From the NCBI GenBank assembly GCA_964571855.1, contig CAZNDO010000018.1, positions 3,886-67,885 of the forward strand: a DNA stretch of 64,000 bases. Reading direction: 5' to 3'. This stretch comes from an uncultured Gemmatimonadota bacterium. GTDB lineage: Bacteria > ARS69. The position numbers and the translations under genes were made by a program. Positions 19,074-27,797 of the stretch are shown here, in pieces. The notes under the pieces are model-generated. The model made no database searches. It was not told the origin of the DNA and saw only the letters and a list, made by a program, of their open reading frames with translations. Numbering within the stretch: the first letter of the stretch is position 1; every line of letters starts with the position of its first letter.

Positions 19074-20362
19074 CGGGCCTCCTGCAGGTTGCCGGCGAGG
19101 GCGCGGGCGCCGATGTCCCGCCGGTGGTGCATGCCGTCGAATCGGATGGTGGCCAGCGCACGATACGCGGCCGTGCGCGCGGCGGCGAGCGTGTCGCCGA
19201 GCCCGGTGACCGCGAGCACGCGGCCGCCGGCGGTCACGACGTCCTTGCCCGCGAGCGCGGTGCCCGCGTGGAAGACGAGGGCGTCGCCGCGGTCGTCGTC
19301 CACATCCAGCCCTTCGATGCGCCGTCCCTTCTCCGCGGTCTGCGGGTAGCCGCGCGAGGCGGCCACGACCGTGAGGGCGGCGCGGGTGGAGGGCGCGATG
19401 GTCGGCGTGGACGCGAGCTCGCCGCGGGCGGTGGCCGCGAGGTAGCCCAGCGCGTTCTCGCCGAGCAGCGGCAGGACGACCTGGGTCTCGGGGTCGCCGA
19501 AGCGCACGTTGTACTCGAGGACTTTCGGGCCGTCCTTCGTGAGCATGAGCCCGGCGTAGAGGACGCCGCGGTAGGGGACGCCGTCCGCGGCGAGAAGACG
19601 TGCGACCGGGCGGAGGCACGTGTCCACCGCGGACGCGAGGGCGGCGCCGGTGAGGTTCGGATACGGCGCGTACGCGCCCATGCCGCCGGTGTTCGGGCCC
19701 TGGTCGCCGTCGAAGGCGCGCTTGTGGTCCTGGCTGGGGACGAGGGGGCGGATCTCCTCCCCGTCGACGAGCGCCATCAGGGAGACCTCCTCCCCCTCGA
19801 GCCACTCCTCGAGGACCACGACCTGCCCGGCCGCGCCGAAGGCGCGGCCTTCCACGGAGGCCCGGACGGCGGCGATGGCTTCGTCCTTCGAGGCCGCCAT
19901 GACCACGCCCTTGCCGGCGGCAAGCCCGTCGGCCTTCACGGCGACCCGGTCCCCGAGCCAGGCGAGGGCCTTGGCGGCCTCGGTGACGCTGCGGACCGTG
20001 GCAGACCGGGCCGTGGGGACGCCGGCGCGCTCCATGACGGCCTTCGCGTGGGCCTTGCTGCCCTCGAGGCGGGCGCCGGCGGCGCCGGGGCCGAACACGG
20101 CGAAGCCCTCGGCGCGGAGCGCGTCGGCGACGCCGGCCACGAGGGGGGCTTCCGGGCCGATCAGGACGAGGTCGACGGAGCGGTCCCGGGCGAGGGCGGC
20201 CACCGCGGCGGGGTCGACGGGGTCGAGGGGGACGTTCTCCGCGATCCGGGCGGTCCCGGCGTTCCCGGGGGCCACGAGGCAGTCCCGGGCCGCCTGGCCC
20301 TGGGACGCGGCCCAGGCCAGCGCGTGCTCCCGCCCGCCGCTGCCGAGGATGAGGACGTTCAT
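19070..20362 (-). CDS. purD: Phosphoribosylamine-glycine ligase
   Basis: MNVLILGSGGREHALAW is followed by the ATP-grasp region, at ~430 aa. The start is chosen at the ATG beginning this motif; the longer 572-aa ORF upstream is Arg/Pro-rich junk. Confidence 0.9.
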   Translation of the reverse strand: MNVLILGSGGREHALAWAASQGQAARDCLVAPGNAGTARIAENVPLDPVDPAAVAALARDRSVDLVLIGPEAPLVAGVADALRAEGFAVFGPGAAGARLEGSKAHAKAVMERAGVPTARSATVRSVTEAAKALAWLGDRVAVKADGLAAGKGVVMAASKDEAIAAVRASVEGRAFGAAGQVVVLEEWLEGEEVSLMALVDGEEIRPLVPSQDHKRAFDGDQGPNTGGMGAYAPYPNLTGAALASAVDTCLRPVARLLAADGVPYRGVLYAGLMLTKDGPKVLEYNVRFGDPETQVVLPLLGENALGYLAATARGELASTPTIAPSTRAALTVVAASRGYPQTAEKGRRIEGLDVDDDRGDALVFHAGTALAGKDVVTAGGRVLAVTGLGDTLAAARTAAYRALATIRFDGMHHRRDIGARALAGNLQEAR

Positions 20363-20666
20363 GGGACGGCTCCGAGGGATGCGGTACCGGGCGCCGGAGT
20401 GGCCCGGAACACCCAAAGGTGCCGCATACGGGCCCGGGCGTCGAGGCCGGAGCGCCATCCCCGGAGGCGCCTCCGGGGGGCGGTGGCCGGCTGTCCACGT
20501 GCGGCGCGACGGCGAGCGCACCTTCCTCGAGCTCCATGATGATCCGGCCGCGAGGCAGAGCGGACGCGGCGACGGCGCATCGGCTCGCGCACCATTGACG
20601 AACGGACGACCTGCGACTAAAGCAACAACACCCCTGGGTCGGTACTTCCTCCCGAGGAGGTCGACC

Positions 20667-23600
20667 ATGCGCATCGCGTGCCGCTGTCTGCCGCTTCGCA
20701 GCTTGCTGCCACTTGCCGTCGTCCTCTGTTCGGCTGCCGCCGCCTTCGCAAGCGACCCTGCGCCCCCGCCGGATTCCCTCCGCACCACGGATGCGTTCCG
20801 GGAAGCAATCCTCTCCGTGCCGCCCGGCGACTCCCGAACGAACCTCTACTACGCGTTGATGGAGCGGATCGAGTCCGGCGCGCTTCCCGTGGAGGCCGGG
20901 CCCGCACTGGACGATCTCGTCGGCTTCCTGGTCGCCGCCCTGGACGATCCCGTGGAGGCGGCGGTCGTCCGGTACCGGATCGCGACCTTCCTCACCACCC
21001 ACCCCCATCCGGCCGCGCGGGATGCCCTGCGGAGGGCGGCCCTGGACACGTCCGACCGGCTCCACGACCGGGCGCGGGCCGCCCTCGTGGCCCTCCGCGA
21101 CGATGCGGCGCTGGACCTGCTCCTCGACGAAGCCCGACGCACGCGGACGCACGACGCCCGCGAGACGTTCCGCATGATCGGCGAGTTCGGCGCCGCGCGC
21201 GCGATCAAGCCTCTCCGGCGCATGATCGCCGGCGGGAAGCTGGAGCAGGAGATGGCGGACGCCATGGCGGACTTCGAGCGCGAGCACGGGCGCCCTCCGG
21301 AGTCCGAGCGCCTCCGGCAGCGGGCCGCGACCACCGCGCGGAGCTACCGCGAGCACGCGCGACGCGCGCTGCGGGACGTCGAATTCCACGTGAAGACCGG
21401 AATGGTGATGCCGTTCGGCCTGGACGACGGGGCTCGGGCATCCCTCGCGCGCGAGGGATTCGTGATCCTCCCGGAGCTGAAGAACGAGCTCTACGAGCAC
21501 CTGGGCTCCGAGTACCCCTATGTCACCGTCGATGTCGTGTTCCACGCCTTCCTGCTGCTCGCTCGCGCGTCCTTCGATGACTTGGAGCGCCTCGTCCTGG
21601 CGCCGAAGCTGACGGAGTTCGCGCGCGGCATGACGGAGGCCTGTCTCGCGGGGAAGGACCGCGTCCCCTCCCCCGACGACCGGGGGCTCGTGGACCTGAA
21701 CGCGGCGACGTTCGCCGTCGTGCTCGCCGCCCTGGAGGGCGGCCAGATCCCCGAGGGTGCCCTGGATGGAAGCGCCGTCGTCGCCGCGGCCCGGGAGGAA
21801 CTCGACGCCATACGCACGCACTCGGCGGTCCTGCCTTCGGCCCTCTTCGAGAGAGAGGAGGACTTCACGAAGTACACGCCCCGCGGACGCCACGGCGAGA
21901 GCGCGGATCTCATGCGGTACTTCCAGGCGATGCTGTACCTGGGTCGAATGGGGTTCCGCGCGGAGAGCGCATCGGAGACCCGGCGCGCGCTCCTCCTCCT
22001 GGACGTCCTGGAGCGGAACCCGAAGCTCCGGCAGCAGTGGTCGGAGATCGACACCCTCCTCGGCATGTTCTTCGGGCCGCTGGATGACGCCGGCGTCCGG
22101 GAGTACGAGGCGCTGCTTCGCGAGGTGGCCGAGGATTCGTCCGAAGGAGTCGCGATCGGTGTCCTGCGCGATCCGTCGCGGTTCGAGGCGTTCCGCGACG
22201 CCGCGCTGGCGCTTCCGGTTCCCCGGGTGATGTCGGATGTGCCTTCTGAGACGGATCGCGCGGGGAGCCGCGGCTTCCGCGTCCTCGGGCAACGCTACTC
22301 GCGCGGGGCGGACGTCTTCCAGCAGTGGATGGAGGGGGCGCAGGCCCTCCCTTCGGGTCTGCACATCGCCTCGGCGCTGCTCGGCTCGCGCGAGGCCGAG
22401 CGCATCCTCGTGGCGGAGGGACGGCGCGCGACCGCGGATGTGGTGACCCTGCCGCCGCCGGCCGAGGATCCCCTCGGCTCCCTTCCCGACGGGTACCTCC
22501 ACTGCTTCGAGCCGCTCTTCGAGGAGGCCTCCGGTCGCCCGGAGTTCATGAGCGGCCCCGTGTGGGAGCGCCGGCTGGTCAACTCCTCGCTCGGCGGGTG
22601 GGCGGAGGTCGTCCACGCGACGATGCTGTACGTGAAGGATGCCAACGAGTACGCAGGCATGTCCGCGATGCTGGACCGCTTCCACGGCTGCGTGGACCCG
22701 TATCCGGAGTTCTACATCCGCCTCGCCGGCCTCACGGACCGGTTCGTATCCGCGCTGGAGCGTTGCGGGTTGTTCGATCGGCTGGATGAGGAGGTAGCCC
22801 CGCTCCGAGAGCGCGCGGCCGCGTTGGATCGGGGGCTCGACCAGTACGAGGAACGAACCCGGCTCAAGGAGGCGGGCATTCGCGCCACGCGGGAGATGTA
22901 CGCCGAGCTCCGCGACATCCTCCCGGACCTGGCGGCAATCGCACAGAAGGAACTCCGGGGCGAGGGGCAGTCCTTGGAAGACGGCGTGTTCCTCAAGGGG
23001 CTGCATCGAAAGTTCAAGCGGCTGGCGTTCAACTGGTCCAGCTCGGATCACCACCGCGAGTCCATGGCGCTGATCACCGATCCCGCCACCGACTACTACT
23101 CGGAGCGATGCCTCCAGGTCGGCATCGGCCGGCCCCTCGTGATGTACGTGGCCGTCCCGTTCGGGGACCGAACATACGTGTGCCGCGGCCCCGTCTACTC
23201 CTACTACGAGTTCTCGCGACCGATCACGGAACGCCTCGATGACGAGACCTGGCGTCGCCTGTGCCGCGAACTTGAGCCCGACCTCCTCCCGTGGTTCGGG
23301 CGTTTCCCGGAGATCGGACTGACTCGCGCGGCGACCAGCGCGGAGCTCGAGGCGCTGCTGGACGTCGAAGGGCCGGACGGTCGGAATATCAGCGGCGGAT
23401 CTTCTCCGTGGCGCGGGCAGGTTTTCGACGATCCGACGGTAGCCTTCGAGGGTGTGAGGATCCGGGACGGGGATCTGAAGTTGCTGATCCGCATGGCGGA
23501 TCGAGACTCGATCGACATGAGGGTACGGCGCTTCGCGCTCCGGAAACTACGCGACTTCGGGACGCGGCACGAGGTCCTGGACGCATACCGGCGCCAGCTC

Positions 23601-23888
23601 GAGCTGGCCGGCCCGCTGTCGCTGAGTCCGTTCCCGTGCAACCTCTTCCACGTGTGTGCCTACAACGCCGTCGACGGGCTCGGATACTGCGGGCTCGCCG
23701 CGCTCCCGGAACTGGACCGTGCGGAGGCGATGCTCGAGAAGACCCTGCACCCCCGGGAGGCAAAGCCGGGGAGCGGACCGGAAGTGCTGGCCAGTCAGTA
23801 CCGGAACGCGCTTTCGGAAGCACGAGCCCGGATCGCCCGCTTCCCGGGCGGATTCGACCGCTCGCGCGACGGCGAGCGTCGCTTCTGA
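20667..23888 (+). CDS. Large (1073 aa) secreted hypothetical protein; Leu/Arg/Glu-rich, probably largely alpha-helical
   Basis: The signal peptide is MRIACRCLPLRSLLPLAVVLCSAAAAFA. A GAGGAGG RBS lies 7 nt upstream. Codon usage is consistent but slightly lower-GC3 than neighbours. No recognisable catalytic motif was found. Confidence 0.6.
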   Translation: MRIACRCLPLRSLLPLAVVLCSAAAAFASDPAPPPDSLRTTDAFREAILSVPPGDSRTNLYYALMERIESGALPVEAGPALDDLVGFLVAALDDPVEAAVVRYRIATFLTTHPHPAARDALRRAALDTSDRLHDRARAALVALRDDAALDLLLDEARRTRTHDARETFRMIGEFGAARAIKPLRRMIAGGKLEQEMADAMADFEREHGRPPESERLRQRAATTARSYREHARRALRDVEFHVKTGMVMPFGLDDGARASLAREGFVILPELKNELYEHLGSEYPYVTVDVVFHAFLLLARASFDDLERLVLAPKLTEFARGMTEACLAGKDRVPSPDDRGLVDLNAATFAVVLAALEGGQIPEGALDGSAVVAAAREELDAIRTHSAVLPSALFEREEDFTKYTPRGRHGESADLMRYFQAMLYLGRMGFRAESASETRRALLLLDVLERNPKLRQQWSEIDTLLGMFFGPLDDAGVREYEALLREVAEDSSEGVAIGVLRDPSRFEAFRDAALALPVPRVMSDVPSETDRAGSRGFRVLGQRYSRGADVFQQWMEGAQALPSGLHIASALLGSREAERILVAEGRRATADVVTLPPPAEDPLGSLPDGYLHCFEPLFEEASGRPEFMSGPVWERRLVNSSLGGWAEVVHATMLYVKDANEYAGMSAMLDRFHGCVDPYPEFYIRLAGLTDRFVSALERCGLFDRLDEEVAPLRERAAALDRGLDQYEERTRLKEAGIRATREMYAELRDILPDLAAIAQKELRGEGQSLEDGVFLKGLHRKFKRLAFNWSSSDHHRESMALITDPATDYYSERCLQVGIGRPLVMYVAVPFGDRTYVCRGPVYSYYEFSRPITERLDDETWRRLCRELEPDLLPWFGRFPEIGLTRAATSAELEALLDVEGPDGRNISGGSSPWRGQVFDDPTVAFEGVRIRDGDLKLLIRMADRDSIDMRVRRFALRKLRDFGTRHEVLDAYRRQLELAGPLSLSPFPCNLFHVCAYNAVDGLGYCGLAALPELDRAEAMLEKTLHPREAKPGSGPEVLASQYRNALSEARARIARFPGGFDRSRDGERRF

Positions 23889-24031
23889 CGAACCGAACGA
23901 CCCGCGAGGCACCCGAGCGCAACCCGTGGAACGTCGATCCCCAGGGAACCCGGGAAGCGTATTCTCCGTAGAGCAACGATCCGCCTGCGAGCGACGGGCC
24001 CGGGCGCCGGCGCATCGGGAAGGGAGATCCT

Positions 24032-24727
24032 GTGCAGACCATCCAACAGCAGGCGCGAGCCGCGGGATTCCTCTACCTCGCGCTCGCGGTCACCGCCCCC
24101 ATCGGACTGCTGTATGTGCCGGGCAAGCTGATCGTCCCGCGCGACGCGGCGGCGACCGCCGAGAACCTCCGGGCATCCGAGGGGCTGCTGCGTCTCGGCA
24201 TCGCGAGCGAGCTGTTCCACCAGGTCATGGTCGTGTTCCTCGTGCTGGCGCTCTATCGCCTGTTCAAGCCCGTCAGCGAGACGCTCGCGAAGCAGCTCGT
24301 GGTCCTCGGCGCCCTGGTCTCGGTCCCGATCATGTTCGTCAACGTGCTGAACGAGCTTGCCGCCATCGTCCTCGCGAAGGGCGGCGGCTTCCTGACGCCG
24401 TTCGAGCAGCCCCAGCGCGACGCCCTGGCGTACCTGTTCCTCCACCTGCACGGCCAGGGGATCAAGGTGACCTCGATCTTCTGGGGGCTGTGGCTGTTCC
24501 CGTTCGGGCTGCTGGTCATCCGCTCGGGGTTCATTCCCCCCGTCCTCGGGGCGCTTCTCCTCGTCGCGGGCGCGGCCTACCTCGTCGACTCCTTCGTCCG
24601 CCTGATCGTGCCCTCGGTGGCGCCGGCGGTCACGAAGGTCACCGACCTGCTCGTGATCGCGGAGGTCCCGATCATCCTCTGGCTCGTGATCCGGGGGGCG
24701 AGCCCGCGCCCGGACGCGACCACGTAG
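24032..24727 (+). CDS. DUF4386-family integral membrane protein
   Basis: The N-terminal ARAAGFLYLALAV...GDAAATAENLRASEGLLRLGI is characteristic of DUF4386. It has ~5 TM segments at ~230 aa. Confidence 0.65.
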   Translation: MQTIQQQARAAGFLYLALAVTAPIGLLYVPGKLIVPRDAAATAENLRASEGLLRLGIASELFHQVMVVFLVLALYRLFKPVSETLAKQLVVLGALVSVPIMFVNVLNELAAIVLAKGGGFLTPFEQPQRDALAYLFLHLHGQGIKVTSIFWGLWLFPFGLLVIRSGFIPPVLGALLLVAGAAYLVDSFVRLIVPSVAPAVTKVTDLLVIAEVPIILWLVIRGASPRPDATT

Positions 24728-24754
24728 TGTGTCGGCCCCGATGACGCAGGACCT

Positions 24755-27451
24755 CTACGGTCCCTTCGTCTCCCGGAGCGGATCCCCCAGGATCGGCCTC
24801 CCGCCCAACGCCGTCGCGGCCCCGTAACCGAGAATCGCGAGCAGGAGCACGAGCGGAACGAGCGCGCGATCGGCGTACCAGGATGCGAGGTCGAACGAGG
24901 GCACGACGCCGCCCATGACGAGCGCGAAGAACGACGCGACCACCGCGGCGAGCAGGCCGAAGCGCATGAGAACGAGGGTTCCCGCGGACGTCAGGACGGC
25001 CCCGAGGACGGCCAGGGGCCAGCCCTCGGAGGGAGCGGCGCCGAACGCGCCGCTGGCGACGTGGATCAGGATCGTGAGCGCCACGGCGGCCCAGGTCCGG
25101 CGCAGGAGCAGGCGCAGCACGAGCAGGACGACCAGTGTCCTCAGGACGTCCAGCACGCAGATCGAGCCGGCGTAGGAGAGATTGCAGCCCGTGTTCGCGA
25201 GGCTGGTGAGCGACGCGAGCATCCCCGGCGCCAGGAGCGTGGGAACCCGCGTGAGCCCGAAGTGGGCACCGCCGAGCGTGACCAGCACCCCGAGGGCGAC
25301 GAGGACCGATCCGGCGGCGCCGCCGATCAGGAGGTCGCGTCCGACCAGCGGGTCCCGTGCCCTCCCCGAGACCAGCCGCGCCCACCCGACGAGCATCCTC
25401 GGCCACAACCTCCGCACATAGGGCTCGAGCGCCATGTAGCCGAGCCACATGGACACGCCGTGGATCAGGGAGTGTCCGAACGCGCGGCCGGCCAGCCAAT
25501 CCCACGCGGCGCCGATAAGACCGACCTCCGGGAGCTTCGTGGTGAAGACGGCTTCGAGGATGTTCATGAGGAAGACGAAGACACCGATCCGGGTGGCGCT
25601 TCGCCAGTCCCCGCGTCCGAGGCCCAGGTTCCGCATGGCGAAGACGACGCTGGCCACGAACGGCACGGCGACGAAGAGCAGGAGGTCGATCCACGCGGTG
25701 GGCCCGGGCCGCTCCGGGGCCCGCGGGTCCACCGGGGCGGTCGTGGCTCCCCAGTCGTGGACGATCGTGAAGTGGGCCAGGCGCCCGCGCGACGCCCCGG
25801 CCTGCACGGTGACGGTCTCGTCGCCCAGCCACGGCACGGGGCCGGTCCAGGCGGCGGCCGAGTCGCACATCGCCGGCACGGGGCGGACCAGCGCGGCGGG
25901 CACGAAGGTCGCGGGGTCCAGCGCCGCGGCCGCGAACAGGGCGGACCAATCGGGCCCGCCCTCCGGGGCGCGAACCGTGTCGGGCGGGACGGCGCGAAGC
26001 CCCAGCAGGCGGCCCTCCGGATCCAGGAGGACCGCAGCCTCGCCGGCGGCGAAGTGCGGCGGATCGCCCACGCTGACGATCTCGTCGTGGACGCCCACCG
26101 CCTCGATCAGTCCCGGGCTCCACCGGCGCCAGAAGAACACCGTGCTGCTGGTCGCCGCGGGTTCCGCGCGGCTCTCGCGCAGGTGCTTGAGTTGTTCCGG
26201 GTACTGGGCGAACCCCTCGGCCGAGTGCGGCGGCAGCTCCGCGAAGCTCCCGGTCCGCGCGAGGATGTCCGCCGCGCGCACCGAGAGGACCGGCGTGGGC
26301 TCCTGCAACGGACGGAACTCGGGACCGATCGCGCTCGCCCAGACCCCGATCGCGGCGACCGCGGCCGCCACCCAGGCGAAGGCGACCGCCGGGGACATCC
26401 GGCCGCGCTCGCCCGCATTCGCGACCAGCTCGGGCGACGGCGTCTCCCCCGCGGCAAGCGCCGCGGCCAGCGGATCCCCGCCGGGTAGCGCGCCGAGCAC
26501 CGCGTACGCGGAAGGCGGGCGAAGCTCGGGGTCCCGTTCGAGACAGTGGAGGATCACGCGCTCCACCGCCGGATCGATGTCGCGCGCCGCGTCCGAGGGC
26601 GTGGTGACCGAGCCGGACTCGTGCATGCGCCGCAGCTCGTTTACGTTCCCCGTCGGGAAGGCGCGCTTCCCCGTGAACAGCTCGTACAGGACGAGACCCA
26701 GCGAATACAGGTCGCTGCGCACCGAGACTCGCCCGCCCGCGAGCTGCTCGGGCGCCATGTACGACGGGGTGCCGGCGATCTCTCCCGAGCGGGCCAGCTC
26801 GTCGGCGAGGCCGGCGAGGCCGAAGTCCGTGATGCGGGCCCGGCCGCGGCCGTCGATCATCACGTTCGCGGGCTTGAGGTCGCGGTGCAGCATCCCGGCT
26901 TCGTGCGCGGCGGCAAGTCCCAGGCAGATCTGCCGGGCGATCTCGATCGCCTTGTCCGAGGTGGGTCGGCCCATGCGGCGGAGGACGGCCGCGAGATCCT
27001 CGCCGTCGATGTACTCCATCGACAGGAACACGTGCCCGTCGATCTCGCCGATGTCGTAGACGCGGCACACGTTCGGATGGGCGATCTGCCGGGCGACCCG
27101 CACCTCGGATCGGAAGCGCGCCAGCTCCGCGGTGCTCCGGGACACGGCCTCCGGCAGGAACTTCAGCGCGACCGACTGCCCGAGCTCGAGATCGTCGGCC
27201 CGGTAGACCTCGCCCATCCCGCCGCGCCCGAGGAGGGCGACGGTGCGGTAGCGGGTGCCCAGGCGGGTCCCGGGCTCGAACCGCCCGTGGACACCGGAGG
27301 AGGACGGGGGCGCGACCGGACGGGCCGCCGCGCCGCGGGTCGGAGCCTGGGAGGTGACGGGCTCCGCGGCGGCGGCCACGGCCGCGCCGCAGCCGGGACA
27401 GAACCGGGCCGCCTCGGGGATCGCGTGCGCGCAGTGCGTGCAGAACGGCAT
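24755..27451 (-). CDS. Serine/threonine protein kinase with an N-terminal zinc-ribbon and a C-terminal polytopic membrane domain
   Basis: The zinc-ribbon is CTHC...CPGC. Kinase motifs are present (LGRGGMGEVYRA, HRDLKPANV, DFG, APE), followed by at least 8 hydrophobic helices. Confidence 0.85.
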   Translation of the reverse strand: MPFCTHCAHAIPEAARFCPGCGAAVAAAAEPVTSQAPTRGAAARPVAPPSSSGVHGRFEPGTRLGTRYRTVALLGRGGMGEVYRADDLELGQSVALKFLPEAVSRSTAELARFRSEVRVARQIAHPNVCRVYDIGEIDGHVFLSMEYIDGEDLAAVLRRMGRPTSDKAIEIARQICLGLAAAHEAGMLHRDLKPANVMIDGRGRARITDFGLAGLADELARSGEIAGTPSYMAPEQLAGGRVSVRSDLYSLGLVLYELFTGKRAFPTGNVNELRRMHESGSVTTPSDAARDIDPAVERVILHCLERDPELRPPSAYAVLGALPGGDPLAAALAAGETPSPELVANAGERGRMSPAVAFAWVAAAVAAIGVWASAIGPEFRPLQEPTPVLSVRAADILARTGSFAELPPHSAEGFAQYPEQLKHLRESRAEPAATSSTVFFWRRWSPGLIEAVGVHDEIVSVGDPPHFAAGEAAVLLDPEGRLLGLRAVPPDTVRAPEGGPDWSALFAAAALDPATFVPAALVRPVPAMCDSAAAWTGPVPWLGDETVTVQAGASRGRLAHFTIVHDWGATTAPVDPRAPERPGPTAWIDLLLFVAVPFVASVVFAMRNLGLGRGDWRSATRIGVFVFLMNILEAVFTTKLPEVGLIGAAWDWLAGRAFGHSLIHGVSMWLGYMALEPYVRRLWPRMLVGWARLVSGRARDPLVGRDLLIGGAAGSVLVALGVLVTLGGAHFGLTRVPTLLAPGMLASLTSLANTGCNLSYAGSICVLDVLRTLVVLLVLRLLLRRTWAAVALTILIHVASGAFGAAPSEGWPLAVLGAVLTSAGTLVLMRFGLLAAVVASFFALVMGGVVPSFDLASWYADRALVPLVLLLAILGYGAATALGGRPILGDPLRETKGP

Positions 27452-27612
27452 GGGGGCGGAGACTAGTGGCCCGCGGGTTGCCGCACCAGATCTTCCGCGC
27501 GGGTCGCGCGCGGTGACGGGCCCCCCGGCCTCAGCCTTCCGAGGCCAGGTCCCGCAGCGCCTCGAGTTCCGCCACTCGGTTCGTGCTGAGGGCGACGAGC
27601 AGCGTGCGGAAG

Positions 27613-27795
27613 TCAGTCATGGGGGTGTCGCGCGTCGCGGCCGGCGCGGCGCATCTCCTCGGCCAGGCGCTGCAGCTCCATGGCCGCCAGGATGCGCTCC
27701 TCGGGCGTCTTGCGCAGGTTCCGCCGGAGGAGCGTGAGGTCGAGGTCCCGCTTGTACGCCTCGACGACCGGATCGCGTTCCTCGGGAGCTCCCAT
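27613..27795 (-). CDS. Small hypothetical protein (60 aa, charged/helical); its start lies 2 nt after the stop of the upstream PPDK_N-NTase gene
   Basis: The ORF MGAPEERDPVVEAYKRDLDLTLLRRNLRKTPEERILAAMELQRLAEEMRRAGRDARHPHD is tightly coupled (TAG-GC-ATG). No homology was recognised. Confidence 0.3.
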   Translation of the reverse strand: MGAPEERDPVVEAYKRDLDLTLLRRNLRKTPEERILAAMELQRLAEEMRRAGRDARHPHD

Positions 27796-27797
27796 GC

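Noticed and set aside
20363-20666. 300-nt purD leader / divergent intergenic region examined for a ZTP (pfl) or purine riboswitch; the glyA region was also checked
   Set aside because: I could not find the conserved ZTP pseudoknot elements (GGGUCGUGAC...CCGCCUGGGCA) or purine-riboswitch junction sequences on either strand. glyA has no leader at all (14-nt gap).
18612-23054. 1480-aa minus-strand ORF spanning purE and antisense to the large secreted protein
   Set aside because: Only the last 153 codons (purE) are real. The rest is Arg/Gly/Pro-rich antisense of gene 20667-23888.
27533-27620. 29-aa ORF (MTDFRTLLVALSTNRVAELEALRDLASEG) overlapping the end of the 60-aa ORF by ATGACTGA
   Set aside because: It is too short and has no features. 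I considered and dropped the idea that the NTase-domain protein plus the downstream mini-ORFs form a HEPN/MNT-like toxin-antitoxin pair: there is no Rx4-6H HEPN motif, and 60 aa is too small for HEPN.
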